A DNA stretch of 64,000 nt from IMG/VR virus record IMGVR_UViG_3300021356_000002, one strand, 5' to 3'. Positions 57,901 through 64,000 of this stretch are shown here, piece after piece. The notes beneath the pieces were generated by a model, which saw only the letters and a program-made list of their open reading frames with translations, had not been told where the DNA came from and made no database searches. The stretch is from a virus. Within the stretch, counting starts at the first letter, position 1. Each line of letters opens with the position of its first letter. Position numbers and translations under genes: made by a program.

Positions 57901-58109
57901 ACAACTCTAACGCGAGGGTCTTGTCTTACTTCTTCTGCTTCTTCGTCTGTTAACCGATATGCGGTAACTTTACTGAAAGGAAGCCTTGCTTCGTAATCAA
58001 CCGCGCGATCTGGTATGTGAAGATAGCCACCGGGCGTCTCCATGTCCGCATAGAATGCATCCAGATCCTCTGTACGATGCAATATGACGTGATAGACTTT
58101 CAATGTCAT
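54921..58109 (-). CDS. Virion-associated subtilisin (S8) protease with a Tyr-periodic stalk and cupredoxin-like domain
   Basis: Catalytic motifs VDVVVVDG, HGTHVMGTVAG, SAGN and SGTSMASP. Yxxx repeats. GHPFW...YYICQFHSGM. Confidence 0.85.
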   Translation of the reverse strand: MTLKVYHVILHRTEDLDAFYADMETPGGYLHIPDRAVDYEARLPFSKVTAYRLTDEEAEEVRQDPRVRVVEPALEQHNIVAEPHWEQTSSYWRKDRSAASFTQRNWGLWQSTQSQSVTSSSGVPLSNFTSTATYADSGTVTLNAEGVNVDVVVVDGIPSLDHPEFAVNTDGSGGSRIIQYNWFQHTDSVTGGTYSNGTYDYTTNVLGDSSNNNHGTHVMGTVAGNRQGWARKANLYSISPYSTNYNWSSTGISSSYVLDYVRAFHRNKAVNPETGRKNPTIINNSWGYNYGSYGGTISDYSNEIERIVYRGTEYSAPFTDAQVYNLGLPAYWALTRAFRDAGLSLNDRAGIPDARTSNVSWMFESPKQQTLDCIEDGIIVVSSAGNNSQYLDSENGPDYNNKYYLKDKTLGGVRAYYQGGDSAVFYHRGSPPGIASICVGNASIYSNNQRDFSSSFGPRTDIFAPGNEIMSSVRFDGIYDDTIGDDRAIGSAWLAKISGTSMASPQVTGALACALQNNPDLTQAEAKAYLQGNAFKDIMFDSSLDWGDVTTYSYPALQALTTDLKNTPNYYLRYKEERYVSGVTVPKVNDKERPTSGLIWPRTRVVKTRRSIGDVLYPSAPPIEAPAEALLTYTGAADYTTVETYINDSSGLDYSPAYLGGYIGDFIAAYAGNYIGDYVSGYTGGDSAGTAFTAAPYVGAYISETADSGTLTSYLSNYISGETSYTTAYDGSYTGAFAAVYVDSASSTYTQDYLAGYTTTLNYEGPLDPPDPEFPGLQADYSGEVTYETSYVKAGTELYASIYLGAYDGSYLTNYEVLSYTGDSAATYVGGAPLAYVADYQSIDSGGGDIIQTTYLGSYVPSYLSGGAGSYNQTYTVSYIGEYATSFTDEFVGEGSPNIYAGDYIGTFVQTYVGNYTGATYAGATYVGGSNTSMNVTNNGASNYIIDSASNPTLTLERGTTYTFNLSVSGHPFWIKTAPNTGTGDQFNTGVTNNGAQTGTLTFAVDSSAPSTLYYICQFHSGMVGTINIVSAGATSYVGDYAGISLEGYIGTFTSTFTGAYS

Positions 58110-58116
58110 ACTTCAT

Positions 58117-59640
58117 TTAGCCTTCAAGTTGTAGTGCCGTAAGTGTAACGTCGACCGCAGTTGTTCCTCCACTTAGATTTACGACCTTGATGGGAATAGT
58201 GTCTGTGACAGGAGATGAATTATTGAAACCCGTAGGAGCAGGAGCCAAGTTGATTGTTTCCGCACCCGATGTAATTACTTCAGTCACAACACCAGAACCT
58301 GGCGTTGGATCTTCTGATTGAAGACGACCAAGATCAGCAGTGCGTGAAGCCGAGTCAGTATAAACTCTAACCCATGCCGCAACGTCTGTTTCTATCTTGA
58401 ACAGAGAATAGCCTTTAAATGCGCCAGTGATGTTTACATCTACTGAGTCGCCATCACTTAACGAAGTAGTAACAGTATTGAACGTGTCGCGTGATTGAAG
58501 ACCAGTAGGTTTAGGAACTGTTACCCAGCCCGCACCGTTGTAAGTTATGATATCATTGAATGCGGCAAGACTTGTGTTAACATCAGTCAGATCATTTAAC
58601 GCAACAGATCCACCAGCACCAACAGAGTCAGCCGCATTTACCCAGTTAGCCCCATTATACTTTAGAACTTGATTTACAGAAGGCGCTGAAATTGTTACGT
58701 CTGTCAAATCGTTGAGTGCACCCGAAGCACCGCCAACAGAGTCAGCGGCATTTACCCACTGTGAACCGTTATATTTAATAACTTGATTCGTTGTTGGCGC
58801 AGTGATTGCTACACCAGAAAGCGTGTTTAAATTTACAGATGAACTGACAAGTTGCAACGTCAACGCACTGTCAAGCCCACCGCCGCCACCGCCGCCACCT
58901 GATCCACCAGAATCATTAGCATTAGCCCACTTAGTTCCGTTCCACTTAAGAACTTGTCCAACCGTAAGAGGATTTGCAGAAAGTGCAGAGTCGATAAAGA
59001 TGTCATCCAACTCATAAAGATTAGTTGGACCGGCTGAGTCAGTTGCGTTTACCCAATAAGCACCGTTGTACTTAAGAATTTGTCCGTCAGACAAACTAGA
59101 AATCAAAACATCATCGAGTTCTACAAGATTTTCTTTACCCGCAGAATCTACGCCGTTAATCCAGTTTGAGCCATCATACTTAAGTACTTCACCGTTAAGT
59201 GGCGTGACGATACTAACATCTGTCAACGCATTAAGCGTAACTGGTAGCGTAGCAGAGTCGTAAAGGTCTTGCAAGAAATAATCAAGATAATCGATAACAG
59301 CCGCCGCAGTAGGCAACGCGCCGTTACTATCGTGATTCTCAATACCTGTGCCAATAAATCGAAGTGCAGTGATGCCACCAGTAACGTCAGTCAATGAACC
59401 AAACGAGACATCGCCCGTTGCATCGATGTCACCACCAACGATTAGATCGTTGTTAACTTTTAAGTCTTGCTTTGCAACTGCGTTGTTGGCTGAGTCAAAA
59501 ACGTTTCGTGTAATGCCTACAAGAAAACGATCACGTGTAATCTTTTTAGTGGTAGCCGCAGTAATATCATTGATCACAAGAACGTCACTGTCTTGAACGT
59601 TGATCAATTCCTGTAATTCTGAGATTCTAATATCTGCCAT
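58117..59640 (-). CDS. Tail/neck fibre protein with LxxLxDV...LKYNGxxWVN repeats
   Basis: Six ~35-45-aa repeats; shared ISEL...TKKI N-terminus. Confidence 0.8.
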   Translation of the reverse strand: MADIRISELQELINVQDSDVLVINDITAATTKKITRDRFLVGITRNVFDSANNAVAKQDLKVNNDLIVGGDIDATGDVSFGSLTDVTGGITALRFIGTGIENHDSNGALPTAAAVIDYLDYFLQDLYDSATLPVTLNALTDVSIVTPLNGEVLKYDGSNWINGVDSAGKENLVELDDVLISSLSDGQILKYNGAYWVNATDSAGPTNLYELDDIFIDSALSANPLTVGQVLKWNGTKWANANDSGGSGGGGGGGGLDSALTLQLVSSSVNLNTLSGVAITAPTTNQVIKYNGSQWVNAADSVGGASGALNDLTDVTISAPSVNQVLKYNGANWVNAADSVGAGGSVALNDLTDVNTSLAAFNDIITYNGAGWVTVPKPTGLQSRDTFNTVTTSLSDGDSVDVNITGAFKGYSLFKIETDVAAWVRVYTDSASRTADLGRLQSEDPTPGSGVVTEVITSGAETINLAPAPTGFNNSSPVTDTIPIKVVNLSGGTTAVDVTLTALQLEG

Positions 59641-59670
59641 TTTATTTCCTCAATACTTTGCGGCTGTCAC

Positions 59671-59678
59671 TATTTATA
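59671..59678 (-). promoter_or_regulatory. Late promoter TATAAATA
   Basis: Exact consensus overlapping the stop of the upstream gene. Confidence 0.65.
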
Positions 59679-61164
59679 TCGTCGCACTTTGAGTCAGTGA
59701 GCCTGTAATGGCTAGATCACCATTCTCAGAAAGACTCATCTGCTTAGTGCCATTATGAGCGAACGTTAAATTACCAGCACTCTCATAAACTTCCCACTCA
59801 CCTGTATCGAAGATTGTAGCAGAAAGTCTGCCTCTCAATGGGTTATAGGTAAGATTCGTGTTTACGTTTACGTTATCGTTACCAGAAGTTGTACTACCAA
59901 TGTGTACGTAATATTGCGCACTATCACCAACAGTTGTTATGGCAACGTTTTCTGCGTTCGTTGCATCAATCGCAGTGACGTTAGTTAAGTTCGAACCATC
60001 ACCCGAGAATGAGTTTGCGCTGAGTGTAAATGTTGAGGGATCATATGTAAGAAGTGCAGTAGTACTTACACTATCGTAACCTAGCTCTGTTGTACGCAAC
60101 ATGACATAGTGTTTGCCCGCAGAGTCAATAGCCTTCGCGTCTGTTTGTTCTGTCGAAGTTGCAACTGCTGTACTTGTAATGTTCGTTAAGCCAGAACCAT
60201 TTCCGTAGAAAATACCACCAACACTTCGAATGTCGCCCTGTACAATCAGGTCACTATCTACTTTTAAATCACCTAGTGCCCTTGATCCACGAGTTGGATA
60301 AACTGTTCCGCCAGAATCGATAAAGTTGCCTAAACGTCTCGCTTCTTCTGCTATTTCAGCCAAGACTGCATTTGATGCATTGATTGCACTGTCAGCAGTG
60401 ATTGCGTTTTCTGCTGTTAGTGCAGTATTTGCAAACGTAGCATTGACAGCACTATCCGCAGTTTCAGCATTACCAGCAGTTGTTGCAAAATTAGCGTTAG
60501 TTGCAAAGTCTGCACTATCTGCATCGATAGCACGAAGTGCTGTCAAAGCGGTATTTGCTAAAGTCGCGTTAACTGCACTGTCTGCTTCGGTTGCTCGGTC
60601 GGCAGTAATTGCTGAAGTTGCTCTATTCGCACTGTCAGCACCAAATGCAAAGTTTGCAGTTGTTGCAAACACAGCATTGGTCGCGTTTGTTGCACTGTCT
60701 GCTCGCTCGGCTGAAATTGCTTGGGTTGCAAAGTCGGCACTGTCAGCAGTTGTAGCCGCATTCGCAAATAATGCTCGCTCGGCTTCAATAGCAGTGGTCG
60801 CTCTTGCGGCACTGTCAGCGAGTACGCCTGTTAATCCAGCGCCATTACCAACAAAGAATCCAGCGGTAAGTGTATTCGTAAGAGCGTTGTAGAATAAATC
60901 GGTGTCTACTTTTGCTGAGTCTGCCGCCGGCGTGCCAGGTGCGTTAGGAAACAAGGCTGGATAAAACGTGACATCCGCGTCTGTCGCTTCGATTAAAAGT
61001 TTGTCAGCAGTGCCAGCAGAAGCCGCCGCACTTGCTGGCTCAAGCAAATTTTCAACAGTGATAAACTTAGTAGAATTTGTATCAAGATCGACAATGACGA
61101 GAACGTCATCATCGGCAGGCGCCTGTGCTAATTCTTCTAACTCTGTAATCTTTACGCCTGGCAT
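59674..61164 (-). CDS. Fibre protein with an Ala-rich ADSA repeat shaft
   Basis: Axx-periodic repeats and GNGAGLT/GDGSNLT fibre motifs; shared N-terminus. Confidence 0.8.
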   Translation of the reverse strand: MPGVKITELEELAQAPADDDVLVIVDLDTNSTKFITVENLLEPASAAASAGTADKLLIEATDADVTFYPALFPNAPGTPAADSAKVDTDLFYNALTNTLTAGFFVGNGAGLTGVLADSAARATTAIEAERALFANAATTADSADFATQAISAERADSATNATNAVFATTANFAFGADSANRATSAITADRATEADSAVNATLANTALTALRAIDADSADFATNANFATTAGNAETADSAVNATFANTALTAENAITADSAINASNAVLAEIAEEARRLGNFIDSGGTVYPTRGSRALGDLKVDSDLIVQGDIRSVGGIFYGNGSGLTNITSTAVATSTEQTDAKAIDSAGKHYVMLRTTELGYDSVSTTALLTYDPSTFTLSANSFSGDGSNLTNVTAIDATNAENVAITTVGDSAQYYVHIGSTTSGNDNVNVNTNLTYNPLRGRLSATIFDTGEWEVYESAGNLTFAHNGTKQMSLSENGDLAITGSLTQSATI

Positions 61165-61167
61165 TGT

Positions 61168-61881
61168 TTAGCTCCTAAGTTCTTCAATCTGTTTTGACAA
61201 CTCTTGAATAGCAGTAATCAAAATAGGTACCAATTTATGATAGTTAATTTTTTGATAGTTAGGCTTGCCATCATTGTGTACAGCATCTTTTTCGCCAAGC
61301 ACAACATAAGGAACAACCTCTTGTACTTCGTGTGCGATTAACGAATCGAAAATGCCTTCTTCTAAAGCCCCTATCTCTTTGACATATTCTGTTTGGTAGA
61401 CTTTTAATTGATTGACAAGACTCAGGGCATCTTCTGTTTCACCATGCACAATTTTTGCACGATGATCAGATACAGCGCCATCTACGTAATCTTTAACAGC
61501 CGCAGATGTAGGAATAGATGTGTCATCATCATTTGAAGCAATACCATCAGCTTCGTCTACAAGTTTCGTAATAATAATATTTTCAACAGCATCTTTTAGC
61601 GTGTCAAAAGTGATCGTGCCATTAACGGTAAGGTCCGCACCCATAGTAGTTGAGCCGTTGATAGCCGCGTCTACGTTTACATCGAGGGAGTTGCACGTGA
61701 GCGTTTGAATGAACGCGCCATTCTCTCCAGAATCTCTTACGTTCGTAGAGTTCCGAAGAAAATTTTCCCTACTAATCTTTTTAGTAGTGGTCGTGCTAAA
61801 GTCATTGATGACGATGTAATCGTTATCTTCAGCAGTAATTAACTCGCGAAGACTCGATATTTTTACGCCTGCAATTGCCAT
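61168..61881 (-). CDS. Short fibre protein with a C-terminal intramolecular chaperone (peptidase S74-like)
   Basis: LIAHEVQEVVPYVV...INYHKLVPILITAIQEL; PTSAAVKDYVD motif. Confidence 0.8.
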   Translation of the reverse strand: MAIAGVKISSLRELITAEDNDYIVINDFSTTTTKKISRENFLRNSTNVRDSGENGAFIQTLTCNSLDVNVDAAINGSTTMGADLTVNGTITFDTLKDAVENIIITKLVDEADGIASNDDDTSIPTSAAVKDYVDGAVSDHRAKIVHGETEDALSLVNQLKVYQTEYVKEIGALEEGIFDSLIAHEVQEVVPYVVLGEKDAVHNDGKPNYQKINYHKLVPILITAIQELSKQIEELRS

Positions 61882-61910
61882 TTTAAATCCTCAATTAAAA
61901 ATCTTTCTCT

Positions 61911-61918
61911 TATTTATA
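61911..61918 (-). promoter_or_regulatory. Late promoter TATAAATA
   Basis: Exact consensus in an intergenic region. Confidence 0.75.
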
Positions 61919-61922
61919 TGGG

Positions 61923-62663
61923 TTATGCGCCAGTACCGCCATTCAATGTTCTAACAACAAGTGCCAATCTATCTAAGGCACTATCTACCGTTGTTGGCGG
62001 TGAAACACTCCAGAGGGCAGCACTGTCAGTAGAATAAGCGTTCAAATTTATTTTCAAATGATCAATTGCACTGTCAACGAATACAGGTACGTTATCCCAG
62101 ATAGTATCTAAAGCTCTTTGATCATAATATGCCTGCTGTGCCTTGGCAGCAAAATCTGTAACTATCGCTGAGGCGGCTCGGGCTGAACTGTCAGAGCGTA
62201 AGGCAAAAGTTGCGTTACCAACACTATCTAACGTTAAGTAATCCGCTCTGAGTGCAAAAGCGGCTGTTGTGGCGCTGTCGGCAGTTTCAGCCCGTTGAGC
62301 ATAATTAGCGAAAGTTGCGTTTGTCGCACTGTCAGCACTGTTTGCCCTTAGAGCAAGGATTGCATTCGTTGCATTTGTTGCACTGTCAGCGGCGTCAGCA
62401 GTTAATGCATTAGCGGCAACTGCAACACTATCAGCCACAAACGCTCTATTTGCTACAACTGCAAATCTAGCGTCAAGTGCGCTATCAGCAAAGGTAGCTT
62501 GAATGGCAAGTGTCGCATTTGCAACGCTATCGACTGCTGATAACAGGTCACTGATCAGAATTTTTTTCGTTTCTGAAAGGCTGGCATCAACGATTGCAAT
62601 AAAATCATCGCTATCAGGAGGACCGACTAATTGTGCCAGTTGCGATATTTTTACGGTTGCCAT
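61923..62663 (-). CDS. Short fibre protein with ADSA repeats
   Basis: Shared KISQL...TKKI N-terminus; Axx repeats. Confidence 0.78.
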   Translation of the reverse strand: MATVKISQLAQLVGPPDSDDFIAIVDASLSETKKILISDLLSAVDSVANATLAIQATFADSALDARFAVVANRAFVADSVAVAANALTADAADSATNATNAILALRANSADSATNATFANYAQRAETADSATTAAFALRADYLTLDSVGNATFALRSDSSARAASAIVTDFAAKAQQAYYDQRALDTIWDNVPVFVDSAIDHLKINLNAYSTDSAALWSVSPPTTVDSALDRLALVVRTLNGGTGA

Positions 62664-62675
62664 TTCTATTCCTCG

Positions 62676-64000
62676 TTATTGTTCTAGTTCTATGATGTCA
62701 TCAGACGCTTGTTCGATTGTTAAGAGTTCGCCCGTCTCGGCTGCCATAATGTTGGCTGTTGAAATTACTGTAATAGAGACGATGCCTACTTCCGACTTAC
62801 CGCCAGCGGGCGTTGCTCTATAAACAAAACTGTCTACGCCATCAAAGCCTGCATCTGGTATATATTTAAATTCTCCAGTATTTGCGTTAGTTACTGATAA
62901 AGAACCATGATTTGGATATCCGCCAGCGGCAATAGAATATGTCACACCGCCAGTCGTTTCGAATTGATCAGTTGTTCCCACAAAGATATCAAGAAACTGT
63001 TCGCCCAGACCAACGTTAAGCAATTCAGATTGGTCGAATGTGTCGCGTTCAGTCGGACTCACAACAACGGTAACTGTACGCTCTACGCTACCACCACCAG
63101 TGATGTTAGCACGAATTGTAAATGTATCAGTGCCGTGCCAATCAGCGTTCGGTGTATAAGACCACGAACCGTTCGCAGTAATGCGCCCAGTTGTAGTCGT
63201 TGTATTTGATGTCAACGATGCTGTTGCTGTACCATTTTGTGGATCTGAAGATACTTCTATTGAAGTGATTTCTCTTGGTGCAAATCGAATCTTAAAGTTA
63301 TTGTTAGTTATCGTGCCACCGTCTTCTGCAATTTTTCCGTTCAAACCTTCTGTCGTAAACGAATCGAGAACAACAGAAGATAGAATATCGGTCGTACCAA
63401 GTTCGTAAAAATCCACCTGCGCTTGCGTAATGACAGAGCTGGAAGAAGAAACGTTTTTAAAAAGGCTCAACTTCATTTCAAAGTCAAGTGTGTAGATGAT
63501 TGTTCTACGCGCCTCTAGAGGTCCATCGTAATCGTCTTGGAATGTGATTCCAGTCAGCGTGATTGGCGTATCTTCTTTTGTGTCGAAGTCGGAAAGAGGC
63601 TTTACTGTAACAGTATACTGCGGTGTAAAGTAAGGCAATATTTGTTCTACAATTTGCAACGCATCATCTTGTGACTTAGCATATACATTCAACTGAAAGC
63701 CAATTGAGTACGGTACTGGTGTGTAAATTTCTTGTGCACTTCCCGAAAAATTATCAGGAAACGTTACGCACTTATTCATCTTAGGCAACTGTCGAGTCGG
63801 ATCATAATTCATCGACAGAATCTCAAAAGACATTCTAGGCAGTTTGATTGCGATCTGACGCTCGGCTTCTTCGCCATTGTTCATTGCGTCGATTCTGGCT
63901 ATAAAGTCTCTCTTAGGTGCATAAGACAAAGGCACCTTGACTTGACTGATAATGTCACCAGCGGCATTTGTTCTGAGAACATTTAAGTTATTAAAGAGTG
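62676..64000 (-). CDS. 15: Tail sheath stabiliser/terminator (gp15) with two C-terminal Ig-like (Big_9/cadherin-like) domains; 5' end outside the window
   Basis: VPLSYAPK, LPRMSFE, QIVEQILPYF and RRTIIYTLDF; YTPNADWHGTDTF and YIPDAGFDGVDSFVY repeats. The frame is open to base 64000. Confidence 0.9.
   Translation of the reverse strand, partial: LFNNLNVLRTNAAGDIISQVKVPLSYAPKRDFIARIDAMNNGEEAERQIAIKLPRMSFEILSMNYDPTRQLPKMNKCVTFPDNFSGSAQEIYTPVPYSIGFQLNVYAKSQDDALQIVEQILPYFTPQYTVTVKPLSDFDTKEDTPITLTGITFQDDYDGPLEARRTIIYTLDFEMKLSLFKNVSSSSSVITQAQVDFYELGTTDILSSVVLDSFTTEGLNGKIAEDGGTITNNNFKIRFAPREITSIEVSSDPQNGTATASLTSNTTTTTGRITANGSWSYTPNADWHGTDTFTIRANITGGGSVERTVTVVVSPTERDTFDQSELLNVGLGEQFLDIFVGTTDQFETTGGVTYSIAAGGYPNHGSLSVTNANTGEFKYIPDAGFDGVDSFVYRATPAGGKSEVGIVSITVISTANIMAAETGELLTIEQASDDIIELEQ

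Noticed and set aside
58540-62560. Recurrent gcactgtc/gcactatc-like DNA repeats suggesting a CRISPR array or DGR
   Set aside because: They encode the DSA peptide in frame with synonymous variation and irregular spacing. No cas or reverse transcriptase gene and no template/variable repeat pair is visible.
1-64000. Stop-codon reassignment, introns or inteins in core genes
   Set aside because: Core genes (43, 41, 17, 20, 23, 46) are full-length and uninterrupted in the standard code, and all three stop codons terminate genes.

Overview
This is a 64-kb slice of a T4-like myovirus genome, most likely from a marine or aquatic phage of a heterotrophic proteobacterium (the host is inferred, not shown). 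Almost all genes are on the minus strand. In transcription order (right to left) the window contains six blocks. (1) gp15, followed by a ~12-kb insertion of accessory virion proteins: four fibre proteins sharing an N-terminal module, a subtilisin/Tyr-repeat/cupredoxin protein, and a gp7-like protein with Ig-like repeats. (2) The packaging, tail and head core gp16-17-18-19-20-(67)-21-22-23 and gp3. (3) uvsY, uvsW, gp55, gp47/46, gp45/44/62 and regA. (4) hsp20, a patch of small exported proteins and a GT25-like glycosyltransferase, then gp43, a methyltransferase, a primase-like gene, uvsX and gp41. (5) A sigma70-driven early/accessory region with peroxiredoxin, a UDP-glucose-dehydrogenase-like gene, a cupin, dCMP deaminase, a cytidylyltransferase, an alternative oxidase, two HExxH proteins, a secreted thermonuclease, a GmrSD-like DUF262-HNH nuclease, DUF932 and an HNH. 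(6) A late-promoter-driven operon of exported or membrane proteins that looks like a minimal pilin/chaperone/pore system. The most interesting signals are that late envelope operon (with a T4-e-type hairpin that would block early translation) and a striking Asp-Ser motif enrichment in virion proteins alongside phage sugar-modifying enzymes, which may indicate virion glycosylation. Also notable are a phage AOX behind a LysR/OxyR-like operator, a ROSE-type RNA thermometer on hsp20, a helically phased 18-bp box at four early promoters, and a small exported TonB-box mimic. I found no tRNA, rRNA or CRISPR array. All assignments come from motif recognition by eye; no database searches were run.
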